From IMG/VR virus record IMGVR_UViG_3300037722_000745, positions 160,001 to 224,000 of that record: a stretch of 64,000 bases of DNA; one strand, given 5' to 3'. How positions within the stretch are numbered: the stretch's first letter is position 1; every line of letters begins with the position of its first letter. This document shows positions 48,111 through 57,704 of this stretch, in pieces. Source of the stretch: a virus (Duplodnaviria > Caudoviricetes). The notes under the pieces were generated by a model. The model had not been told where the DNA came from, searched no databases, and saw only the letters and a program-made list of their open reading frames with translations. Position numbers and translations under genes: made by a program.

Positions 48111-49136
48111 CTACAGGAGGAAAGACTCCACGAGGCGAGTCTTGAAATGGAAGGAGAGGTTAAGCGGTGTGGAACGTCTCTGTTGGAGAAGCTCACGTGT
48201 CTTCTGAGAGACTGTAAACCAGGACCTGACGCTTGCCTTGAGTCCGAGATCTTTCAGCTCGTCAAGGCAGTCAGCGTTCAGTGCTCGCATGGGATCTACA
48301 CGAACCATAAGGACATCATGAGAGATCTGCTCCAGAAATTTCAGTGCTAGAGGTAAGTCCCGATCCATCGCGTCTACTGCCGAAAAAAGTGCGGACCAGT
48401 CCCTTTGAACAGCTAGCTGTAGCACTCGTAGGACTTGGTCCCTAAGGGCTATCTTCCCTGAGTTCCAATATCCAACCGCTCGACCAACTGAACCTTCTCC
48501 CAATCGCGCACAGATTAGAGCTTTAGCGGTCTCCTCACCCTCCCCCACGGATTCAACAACTACTGATGAAACGAAGTCGTCAGGTAGGGGTCCGTACCGC
48601 ACGAGACCGCAACGTGATCGAAGAGTGGGAAGAACACGTTCCCGCTCTTCCGCTATCAAAAAAAACCTTGCACTCTCTGGCGGCTCTTCCAACGTCTTCA
48701 AAAAGGCGTCCGCCGCCGGGACCGTGAAAAGATCCGCACCGTCCACAATGAAACATCGTACGCTACCGAGACCGGGCCTGACCTGAGCGTCCGCAATGAG
48801 CTTGCGTACGCGATCTACTCCGATGTCCTTTTCGTCAGCTGATACGACGATGAGATCCGGATGCTGACCTCGCATGAGGTCATAGCAAGAAGGGCACGGG
48901 CACCCTACCTCACGGCTCCCAACGCAGAACAACTCCTGGACAGCCTTCTGAACGGAAAACCGTCGACCAACACCAGAGGGCCCCACCAGAAGTAGAGGTG
49001 TCTCAAGACTCCCTTCTACGAACCTCCGAAGGAACTTCGTCCCCTCCTCTTGGTGTTTCACTTCCGCTAGCATCAGACTCGAGGAAACCAACGGATCGCT
49101 GGGGAGGATCCACTGGGACGAACTGAAGGACAGCAT
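48111..49136 (-). CDS. holB: DNA polymerase III delta-prime subunit
   Basis: LLVGPSGVG, CPCPSC..GQHPDL, AFLKTLEEPP, LPTLRSRC; probable start near 49073. Confidence 0.88.
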   Translation of the reverse strand: MLSFSSSQWILPSDPLVSSSLMLAEVKHQEEGTKFLRRFVEGSLETPLLLVGPSGVGRRFSVQKAVQELFCVGSREVGCPCPSCYDLMRGQHPDLIVVSADEKDIGVDRVRKLIADAQVRPGLGSVRCFIVDGADLFTVPAADAFLKTLEEPPESARFFLIAEERERVLPTLRSRCGLVRYGPLPDDFVSSVVVESVGEGEETAKALICARLGEGSVGRAVGYWNSGKIALRDQVLRVLQLAVQRDWSALFSAVDAMDRDLPLALKFLEQISHDVLMVRVDPMRALNADCLDELKDLGLKASVRSWFTVSQKTRELLQQRRSTPLNLSFHFKTRLVESFLL

Positions 49137-49287
49137 GGTAGTGCTGTCCGCAACGCTGACAGGCGTACCGATGGACCTCTACACCAGTAGATTCCAACCT
49201 GCCCTCACACTTCATGCAACGGGTTACGATCATAGAGAGATTGGACCGCCAACAGAAACGACCTGTGTTCGGTGGCACTTGACACAC
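49003..49287 (-). CDS. Small Zn-ribbon protein (probable start about 49233)
   Basis: CMKC...CQRC. Confidence 0.55.
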   Translation of the reverse strand: MCQVPPNTGRFCWRSNLSMIVTRCMKCEGRLESTGVEVHRYACQRCGQHYHAVLQFVPVDPPQRSVGFLESDASGSETPRGGDEVPSEVRRRES

Positions 49288-49436
49288 TGATAGACTCGAG
49301 ATCCGCTTCCTGCCGAAGTGATCTCAATCGAGGTTATGGAGTCACAGTCTTCATTCTTGCACCGCATGTTCACTTCCACGGAAGGCTTAGAGTCCTTGCC
49401 AAGTCCGGGGTTCAAAGAAGTCGGGTCAATGGTCAT
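49230..49436 (-). CDS. Small Zn-ribbon protein
   Basis: CKNEDC...CVKC. Confidence 0.6.
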   Translation of the reverse strand: MTIDPTSLNPGLGKDSKPSVEVNMRCKNEDCDSITSIEITSAGSGSRVYQCVKCHRTQVVSVGGPISL

Positions 49437-49438
49437 CG

Positions 49439-50023
49439 TTAGAACCTCGTAGGGTAGTCAACAGGGAACAACTCTTGCAACACAAGCACAAGGCGATTGA
49501 AGAACATATCCTCCTGGGTGAGCGTACCCTCTCGCTTCTCCGAAGGGATGAGATGTGAGGCGTCCGGGATCCCCCGAGAAGGTTTGAAAGGGAGAGACGG
49601 GCTCTCTCCCGCAGATAACATCGTCAGCAATCCTTGGATCTTCTGGTACTCGTCATACCGCAACCTATCGAGGAAGGACCTCAACCCGGCCGAAGGCTTT
49701 TCTGGAGGAGGCTGCATCACCCGATTGGGTTGAGGGGATACCACTGCCGATGGAGGGTTGCCTGGTGGAATGACGGGCTGAAAAACCGTCGTGCTGTACC
49801 GAAAGAACGGAAAGATCTTTCTCCAATCGTCCCCTCGAACTACCACGGTGTAGGACCTTGGCCGGACAAACTCCACGAATGAAGTGTCTCGTAGCTTACC
49901 TGACCGGACCTGAGCCCGACCCTTCGCAGCGTCTACGATGGCTTGTGCCAAACGGGGCACATCCGACCTTCGAACATGGGTAGGCCGGCTCCCCCCTATT
50001 CGCTGAAGTCGCGAATCCATCAC
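49439..50023 (-). CDS. Hypothetical protein
   Basis: 194 aa ORF downstream of groEL. Confidence 0.55.
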   Translation of the reverse strand: MMDSRLQRIGGSRPTHVRRSDVPRLAQAIVDAAKGRAQVRSGKLRDTSFVEFVRPRSYTVVVRGDDWRKIFPFFRYSTTVFQPVIPPGNPPSAVVSPQPNRVMQPPPEKPSAGLRSFLDRLRYDEYQKIQGLLTMLSAGESPSLPFKPSRGIPDASHLIPSEKREGTLTQEDMFFNRLVLVLQELFPVDYPTRF

Positions 50024-50045
50024 CTAGTGACGGCTCACAAAGACC

Positions 50046-52038
<1,993 letters not shown>

Positions 52039-52045
<7 letters not shown>

Positions 52046-52148
52046 TCCCCACCGGCTACACATGGGCGACCAGCACGCCCGCGGAAGAGACGAACTCCGG
52101 GTGTGATGGTAGCACTGTGGCGAGTCATGTCCAGCACTCCCCACGCCC
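52039..52148 (-). CRISPR. Left part of degenerate type I-E-like repeat cluster
   Basis: Half repeat 52131-52148 (interrupted by the insertion), a 7-bp-deleted repeat 52070-52092 and a partial repeat 52039-52052. Confidence 0.6.
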
Positions 52149-52213
52149 GGGTAGTGGGGTGAATCGGATTCCGCCCACCCGGCCGGCCCCCTCCGGCCCT
52201 ACGCTGTGGTCCG

Positions 52214-52558
52214 ATGGGCATTCTACGCGAACGCGTGGTCCGCGGCAGGACCCGCCAAGACCGCGAGCCGCGCGGCTTCCAGCTCACCTCAACCGAGGCC
52301 GCCAACGTCAAGGTTGCCCTGCTCCATTTGCGGGCCCAGCACGGGTGCTGGCGCGAGGTGGCCCGCGTCATGGGTTGCACGAAGAGGGCCCTGGAGAAGG
52401 CCGCAGAGACCCGGCGGCGACCGTCCCCGGGCTTGGCGCTCCACGTGGCCCGAGCGCTGGGCTTGCCCGTGGAGGCGATGCTCACCGGGGCGCGGTCGGA
52501 GCCAGGGAGCTGCCCGATGTGTGGGCGGGCGAGTAGCAGGGCTCAACTGTCTAGGTAG
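52214..52558 (+). CDS. XRE-type HTH protein with C-terminal CPMC
   Basis: WREVARVMGCTKRALEKA...PSPGLALHVARALGLPVEAML. Confidence 0.7.
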   Translation: MGILRERVVRGRTRQDREPRGFQLTSTEAANVKVALLHLRAQHGCWREVARVMGCTKRALEKAAETRRRPSPGLALHVARALGLPVEAMLTGARSEPGSCPMCGRASSRAQLSR

Positions 52559-52819
52559 CGATGGAAGTTGCTCGGATGAATGTAGAGCCTAGCCAGCCAT
52601 GACCTGAGCACGCTCGGCATGATTCTCGTGTCGTCGTCCTCTTCGATCGGCAACACGAGTTTGATCTCCTCGTACTGTCTGTCTGTGGAGATCTCTCACA
52701 ACGCACTCCTCGCCGTTGATCATGCGCGTTGCAGACGTGACGGTCACGCCGTGCTCACGGCACACTTTCTCGACGAACTCCCGGACCGTAATCGACGGCC
52801 CGAATGGGAATGCAGGCAT
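52543..52819 (-). pseudogene. Frameshifted HicA-like toxin
   Basis: (ACAG)3 tract at 52675-52686; removing one unit joins MPAF..DLHRQ to YEEIKLVLP..PSVLRSWLARLYI, giving a 90 aa protein downstream of the HicB-like gene. Confidence 0.55.
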
Positions 52820-52830
52820 GACGGCCTATT

Positions 52831-53178
52831 CTAGGCCGATAGTCTCAATTTGCTAGCCGTTGCGTGGATGATCCACGGCGGCGGAACATCGGGTGCCACG
52901 GTTGGCCCCAGCAAATCCACGGCGCCGCCCAATGGGCGAGCCTCCCTGAACTTCTCAAAATAGTGGCTGGGTGCTCTCGGGACGTCTTGCATTGGGTCCT
53001 TGCCCAGCTCGATATTGGCAGCCGCTTGGTTGACAAATGCGCGCTGCCAAGATGCAAGCACGGCGTCCAAAGAAGTTCCCTGTGCCGCGACATCAAACTC
53101 TAGACACTGAGCAACCCACGTGCCTTCTTCAAGAAGGATGACAATGCTCAAGTCCTCAAACTTCCAGCTCTTTTGCAT
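52831..53178 (-). CDS. HicB-like antitoxin
   Basis: IVILLEEGTWVAQCLEFDVAAQGTSLDAV, the HicB N-terminal partial RNase H pattern. Confidence 0.7.
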   Translation of the reverse strand: MQKSWKFEDLSIVILLEEGTWVAQCLEFDVAAQGTSLDAVLASWQRAFVNQAAANIELGKDPMQDVPRAPSHYFEKFREARPLGGAVDLLGPTVAPDVPPPWIIHATASKLRLSA

Positions 53179-53356
53179 AGTCGCGCGGTTTTCTTGACAA
53201 GAGCGAGAGCGTTCGCCCTAGTGCGTCTGTAATAGTAGGGGCCACGGCGCTCAGCGGCAAGCGCCGCTAGCATGCCGAGACCGTATGCGCAAACCATGCA
53301 CAGCCGCAAAATAAGCGAAAAAGCGCGTGCCCCTGAACATTCTGCGAGTTCTAAGG

Positions 53357-53551
53357 CTAGCTTGTCGCTCGCTCCAAAAGCACCGATCTCGCCCACTGGG
53401 TTACGGGCTGTCCCGCCCTCGCGGCGGCTTCCGTGATAGCCGCCCGCTCTCCGTCGCTCAGCCTGATCGCGAAGACCGACTTCGCAGCGCCCTTCGGCAA
53501 CGGCGGCCTGCCGATCCTCGCCTTGGGCGGTGACCCAGAGTCAACATTTGT
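53357..53551 (-). CDS. Small ribbon-helix-helix protein (not in ORF track)
   Basis: Hand translation GRPPLPKGAAKSVFAIRLSDGERAAITEAAARAGQPVTQWARSVLLERATS*; start uncertain (in-frame TTG at 53500). Confidence 0.6.
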   Translation of the reverse strand, partial: TNVDSGSPPKARIGRPPLPKGAAKSVFAIRLSDGERAAITEAAARAGQPVTQWARSVLLERATS

Positions 53552-53597
53552 TTAGAGTGTTGTCTAAATTTAGCCCTCGTGGTAATCGACTCTTGGT

Positions 53598-54827
53598 ATG
53601 ACGCCTCCCGGGTTTTCTAATCCTTTCCGTCCTGGGGCAGGTCACCAGCCTCCTTACCTGGCTGGTCGGTCGCGGGAAACTAATGAATTCAAAATCTTAC
53701 TGGATCAGGACGTGATTCTGAACAGTCTGGTCCTGACGGGGCTTCGGGGGACCGGAAAGACAGTCCTGCTAGATACCTTCAAGCCTATCGCGATCTCCTC
53801 AAAGTGGGTGTGGGTGGGAGCGGACCTCTCTGAGTCGACTAGCATCAGTGAAGAACGGATTGTGAAGAGGCTTCTAGCTGACCTCGCGATCGTCACCGCT
53901 AGCATCCAGATCAGCGAACACCAGCGCAAGCAGATCGGCTTCGGTGCTGGCACGACAACGGTCCCAATCTGTCTCGACTATTCCGCGCTTGATGCGGTGT
54001 ACAAGGCCACTCCAGGATTGCCTGCCGATAAGCTGAAAGCCGTACTGCAGCTGGCGTGGTCAGCTCTCAAGCCGCTAGGACACCGAGGGATCGTCTTCGC
54101 CTACGATGAGGCGCAGAACCTCTCAGACCATGCTGCGAAAGAGGAGTTTCCACTGTCGCTCCTCCTCGACGTATTCCAGTCGCTTCAGAAGCATCAGCTC
54201 CCATTCCTGCTTACCCTGGTTGGGCTACCAACCTTGTTTCCGAAGTTGGTGGAGGCGCGCACTTTCGCCGAGCGCATGTTCCGGGTTGTCTTTCTCGACA
54301 GGCTTGGGCGCCAGGATTGTAGGGACGCCATCCTGAAACCAGTCCAAGACGCTCAATGCCCCATCCAACTCGACGACCCGTCCGCCGAACACATCATAGA
54401 CATTTCCGGCTGCTACCCGTACTTCATCCAGTTCATCTGCCGAGAAGTCTATGACGCGTTCCTGCAAGGGCAGACACGGGTACCTGTTGACGAGATAACG
54501 CGAAAGCTCGACAGCGACTTCTTCGCCGGTAGGTGGTCGCGCGTCACCGACAGACAACGCGAGCTTCTCAAAGTAGTAGCCTCTCTGGAAAGCTCCGACG
54601 GCGAATTCATGGTGCAGGAGATCGCAGAGAAATCGAAAGAGCTGACTAAACCATTCAGTCCAAGCCACATCAACCAGATGCTAGTCACTCTCGCGAACAA
54701 CGGCATGATCAACAAGAACAGGCACGGGAAGTACTCCTTCGCAGTGCCTCTTCTTGGCCGCTTCATTCTGCGGCAGGCAACCGCTGACAGAGAGGAGGAC
54801 CCTGGAGGGCAACAGCTGCTCTTCTAG
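53598..54827 (+). CDS. AAA+/STAND-like ATPase with C-terminal winged helix
   Basis: NPFRPGAG..PPYLAGR, GLRGTGKT, Walker B YDEAQ, GYP-like CYPYFIQ, wHTH tail. Confidence 0.82.
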   Translation: MTPPGFSNPFRPGAGHQPPYLAGRSRETNEFKILLDQDVILNSLVLTGLRGTGKTVLLDTFKPIAISSKWVWVGADLSESTSISEERIVKRLLADLAIVTASIQISEHQRKQIGFGAGTTTVPICLDYSALDAVYKATPGLPADKLKAVLQLAWSALKPLGHRGIVFAYDEAQNLSDHAAKEEFPLSLLLDVFQSLQKHQLPFLLTLVGLPTLFPKLVEARTFAERMFRVVFLDRLGRQDCRDAILKPVQDAQCPIQLDDPSAEHIIDISGCYPYFIQFICREVYDAFLQGQTRVPVDEITRKLDSDFFAGRWSRVTDRQRELLKVVASLESSDGEFMVQEIAEKSKELTKPFSPSHINQMLVTLANNGMINKNRHGKYSFAVPLLGRFILRQATADREEDPGGQQLLF

Positions 54828-54852
54828 CCAGGAGCTACGGAATTGAAAGACT

Positions 54853-54949
54853 GGAGGGTGACCCGCGGTTGGACCGCTCAAGGGCTCTACATCCTGATCG
54901 GGCCCGGTGTTGCAGCTCCGGTGGGGTTCGAATCCCTCACCCTCCGCCA
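54853..54949 (+). tRNA. Non-canonical (9/3 or 8/4, allo-tRNA-like) tRNA, anticodon CUA, long variable arm
   Basis: GGAGGGTGA/TCACCCTCC acceptor helix, G discriminator plus CCA, T-loop TTCGAAT, D hairpin GCGG..CCGC, anticodon loop CT-CTA-CA (54885-54891). Confidence 0.7.
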
Positions 54950-55257
54950 CCATGATGCGTCTTGCTGCTGGCGTCCGCAAGGATGCTCGCCCGGACCGCC
55001 TCCGCAGCCCCCGTGACGGGCCCCAGCCCCAGCACCGCGAAGAACCGGCGCTTGGTGCCCGTGGTGGCCTCGCTCCACGCGTAGGCCCGGCGCGCCTTGG
55101 GGTGCCCGTCCAGCTCGAACACCTCGACGTCTCCCTCCCAGGCTGTCTCCCCCGTGGGGGCGCGCTCGACTACATGCACAGTCTCGACGTGGCGCGCGGC
55201 GCAGCCGTGAAGGTGCTTGATGGCTTCGAGCAAGGCGTCGGTTCCGGCGGGGTCCAT
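54937..55257 (-). CDS. Conserved-looking hypothetical protein, convergent with the tRNA
   Basis: HGC.A.HVETV..WEGDVEVFELDGHP.A.RAYAWS..RFFAVL; TAGGCT -10 lies 6 nt before the ATG (leaderless). Confidence 0.7.
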   Translation of the reverse strand: MDPAGTDALLEAIKHLHGCAARHVETVHVVERAPTGETAWEGDVEVFELDGHPKARRAYAWSEATTGTKRRFFAVLGLGPVTGAAEAVRASILADASSKTHHGGGG

Positions 55258-55324
55258 GCCGGAAGCCTAACCCGCCCGGCGGCCGTGCCAAGATCGGGGC
55301 GCCGATCAAATCACCCCACTACCC

Positions 55325-55403
55325 ACGCCCGCGGAAGAGACGCCTGAGAGCCCAGTTCCTTCACCTGCGCGGTCCAGCACTCCCCACGCCCGCGGAAGAG
55401 ACG
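55325..55403 (-). CRISPR. Right part of type I-E-like repeat cluster (intact repeat, spacer, half repeat; 61-bp period)
   Basis: Minus-strand repeat GTCTCTTCCGCGGGCGTGGGGAGTGCTGG (29 nt; stem-loop followed by an 8-nt handle); repeat ends at 55342 and 55403 are 61 bp apart. Confidence 0.7.
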
Positions 55404-55849
55404 TTGTCTTGCAGCCTCGCCTCGCAGGCTGCTCTGTACACAGCCACGTCTGCTTCCAGCCTATCGAAGCCTGCGTCCGCAACTTTCGCGAGCCATGGAT
55501 ACGTTCGTAGCAGGCGAAGAAACGCGAGCGCCGCACCCGACTCCTCTCCGCGCTTCCACCTTGCGATGGTGCGTGACGGAAGTTGAAACACGCGCTCAAT
55601 ATAGGCGTTGCTGAGCCCACAGGCATCAAGGTAGACCAGCATCGTTGGTATCGATGCCTTCTTTGAGCTATCCAGCGCTTCTTCAATCCTCGAATCGTTT
55701 ACGTCGGCGAAATCACCGCTTTCTCCGCACATTCGGCACCTCAGCTGCTGCATCTTCCACGAAACGGAAGGGCCATATGGGACAGCGATGTTCTCGCATC
55801 GATCGATCGGTTCGAGTTGGGTAGAACCGCATGCTGGGCACTGAGTCAT
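55361..55849 (-). CDS. MqsA-like antitoxin (Zn-finger + HTH), no cognate toxin seen
   Basis: CPACG...CRMCGE, then AYIERVFQLPSRTIARWKRG..AALAFLRLL; the last codons read through the I-E-like repeat. Confidence 0.75.
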   Translation of the reverse strand: MTQCPACGSTQLEPIDRCENIAVPYGPSVSWKMQQLRCRMCGESGDFADVNDSRIEEALDSSKKASIPTMLVYLDACGLSNAYIERVFQLPSRTIARWKRGEESGAALAFLRLLRTYPWLAKVADAGFDRLEADVAVYRAACEARLQDNVSSAGVGSAGPRR

Positions 55850-55859
55850 AGCTTCTTCC

Positions 55860-55913
55860 CTCCTGCTCAGGCGTCGGGTAGAGCCGGTATTTGTAATTCC
55901 GCCGGAGGTCCAC
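55860..55913 (-). pseudogene. tnpB: TnpB N-terminal stub (IS200/IS605 OrfB)
   Basis: MDLRRNYKYRLYPTPEQE matches the YKYRLYPT.EQ start of TnpB; the rest is absent. Confidence 0.65.
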
Positions 55914-55922
55914 TCCGAGGCC

Positions 55923-55930
55923 CTACACCA
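55923..55930 (-). promoter_or_regulatory. GGTGTAG motif 9 nt upstream of tnpB-stub GTG
   Basis: TGACTGGTGTAGGGCCTCGGAGTG; 21/24 identical to the sequence before cas12j. Confidence 0.55.
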
Positions 55931-55971
55931 GTCAAGCGCGAGCTTTGCCCTTTAGCCGTGGAATTGTGGCA

Positions 55972-57375
55972 TCAATCCGCGCCCTTGAGGTTCGAGACCG
56001 GGTAAAGCCGGTGTTCAACTCTCGCAATCCCCTCCGCCTCTAGAACGGCGAGAACCGCGTCGAGATCCTTGTAGACGTGCCCGCACTCATCAAGCGGCGT
56101 CTTCTTGTGATTGCCCACGATCCCCTCGATCTGGACGCCGCCGAAGGTTCGCTTGACGCTCGCCATCTCGTTGTCGATTCGAGCCTGCTTGTGCCCCAGC
56201 CGGCGCTTCGCTTCTGAGCGGCCTAAGATCCGACCCGAACCGTGGTTCACCGAGCAGGCGGACTTGTAGGCCCCATCTCCCGGGAACAGGATCGCAGCAC
56301 CTTCGTACATCGAGCCCGGAATGAGGCACGGGTGACCCGTAGTCTCCCACGCCGTCCCTACCAGGTCAGGATGCCCTGCCGGAAAGGCTCGGGTTGCTCC
56401 CTTCCGATGCACGAAGCCCCGCTTGTGGGTCCCGTCGGGCAGCACAAGGGTCTCTTCCTGCACCAGGTTGTGGCTGATCTCGTAGTAGACTTCGAGGTCA
56501 GCGTTGAACACTTCCTGCGTCGCCTCTTGAACCCCCACCACGATCTGATGACGGTTCGCGACCGCGAAGTTGGCCGCCGAGTTGTGGTAAGCCCAGTACT
56601 CTCGACCAAGAGGCTCATCTATTCGAAGCCAGGAATCCTCTCGACGGTTCTTCGGTAACCCCCGGAGAGCGGCCCCTTCGTAGAAGAAGTGGTTCGCCGT
56701 CTGCCAACCGTAGCCCCGCGACCCACAGTGGACCATCACCCAAACCGACCCGTCATCTCGATCGACTTGCATCTCGATGAAGTGGTTGCCGCCACCCACG
56801 CTACCGAGCTGGTCGGACACCTTCGAGTAGGCTTTCTCGATGTGACTTAGATCCAACGTCTCCGGGATCGGGATGTACCGCCGCTCACAGAGCGCCTCGT
56901 TGATCCCCAAAGACTTGGCCCCATATCGAAGCACCTCGTCGACCTGACGAGAGCCCAGCCGCCTCATGAGGGCAGGCCGCTCGGACCCTACGCCGGTCGC
57001 CACCCGCTTCTCGACTTCCTCGACCCACTGCTGACGCTTGTGCCGACTCCGAACCGCCTTGGCTCCAAGGTTCACTTTCATGCAAAGAGCCCCGCACGAG
57101 ATGTCGTAGCCCGAGCCGCCCTGGATGATCGTGTCTTCAGTCACGATGACCGAGCCGACCGGCACGCCGTATCCCCTGTGGCAATCCGGCATCAGGTACG
57201 CCCCAATGACCCCCTCGTAGGACGCCCCGTTCGCGATCTGCTGCCAGACCGACTCTTCCGACGCCGCATAAAGGTCATCCGACAAAAAGGCATGAGCCTC
57301 CACCCGCATCTGCCCAACGCGGGGCAGCACGTAGTGATTGTCGCTGACCTTCTGAGCCTGGTACTTGAAAGACAT
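55972..57375 (-). CDS. rtcB: RNA-splicing ligase RtcB
   Basis: MPDCH.GYG.PVG, GYDISCG, GGGNHFIE, HCGSRG, SHN, HRKGAT, IPGSM, HGSGR, YKD. Confidence 0.95.
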   Translation of the reverse strand: MSFKYQAQKVSDNHYVLPRVGQMRVEAHAFLSDDLYAASEESVWQQIANGASYEGVIGAYLMPDCHRGYGVPVGSVIVTEDTIIQGGSGYDISCGALCMKVNLGAKAVRSRHKRQQWVEEVEKRVATGVGSERPALMRRLGSRQVDEVLRYGAKSLGINEALCERRYIPIPETLDLSHIEKAYSKVSDQLGSVGGGNHFIEMQVDRDDGSVWVMVHCGSRGYGWQTANHFFYEGAALRGLPKNRREDSWLRIDEPLGREYWAYHNSAANFAVANRHQIVVGVQEATQEVFNADLEVYYEISHNLVQEETLVLPDGTHKRGFVHRKGATRAFPAGHPDLVGTAWETTGHPCLIPGSMYEGAAILFPGDGAYKSACSVNHGSGRILGRSEAKRRLGHKQARIDNEMASVKRTFGGVQIEGIVGNHKKTPLDECGHVYKDLDAVLAVLEAEGIARVEHRLYPVSNLKGAD

Positions 57376-57379
57376 GAGA

Positions 57380-57598
57380 CTACTTCACGTAGGAGAAGGT
57401 GCCGTCCGAAGCCGCCTCCAACCCGAGCTGCTCGCCGGGAATTCGGCTTAGCACGCCCAAGGGCTTGCCGCCCTTCGTGATGATAAAGGTCCGACCTAGC
57501 TCCACCATACGCATCACCTCTCCCGGCCGACCGCGGAGTTCAGTCATCGTGATGGTCTCTAGATCGTTCAACTGGACGGCTTCCTGAATCCTCTGCAT
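57380..57598 (-). CDS. Phd/YefM-family antitoxin, orphan
   Basis: ITMTELRGRPGEVMRMVELGRTFIITKGGKPLGVL. Confidence 0.8.
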   Translation of the reverse strand: MQRIQEAVQLNDLETITMTELRGRPGEVMRMVELGRTFIITKGGKPLGVLSRIPGEQLGLEAASDGTFSYVK

Positions 57599-57614
57599 GG
57601 GGCTCCAATTAGGA

Positions 57615-57644
57615 ATGGGGCGACAGCCGAAGCCGCCGCCCCAT
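57615..57644 (-). terminator. 13-bp hairpin with C(UUCG)G loop downstream of the CRISPR array
   Basis: ATGGGGCGGCGGC-TTCG-GCTGTCGCCCCAT; the G-U wobbles work only on the minus strand; the U-tract is weak. Confidence 0.6.
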
Positions 57645-57704
57645 ACCGTCTCAGATTGACAGGGTCGGGTGGCCGTCTTCGAGCCACACTGGTTACGTTA
57701 CCGC

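Larger units (their letters stand above)
52149..55324. mobile_element. 3176-bp TIR-bounded non-autonomous cargo element inserted in a CRISPR-like repeat
   Basis: Perfect 14-bp TIRs GGGTAGTGGGGTGA (52149-52162) / TCACCCCACTACCC (55311-55324); 6-bp target duplication ACGCCC (52143-52148, 55325-55330); excision restores a 30/30 copy of the repeat at 55374-55403. Confidence 0.88.

Noticed and set aside
52541-52550. 10-nt match (GCTCAACTGT) to the sequence following mini-array repeat 34554-34589, a possible guide target
   Set aside because: No TTN/TBN PAM upstream (AGG), and a 10-mer is expected about 0.1 times by chance in this window.
53396-53538. GC-rich multi-hairpin stretch closed by CTGGGTTAC/GTGACCCAG, first taken for an ncRNA
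   Set aside because: The minus strand encodes a convincing RHH protein across it; hairpins are expected at this GC content.
52149-55324. The 3.2 kb insert as a giant CRISPR spacer
   Set aside because: Cas1-Cas2 integration duplicates the whole repeat; here only 6 bp are duplicated and the insert has its own TIRs.
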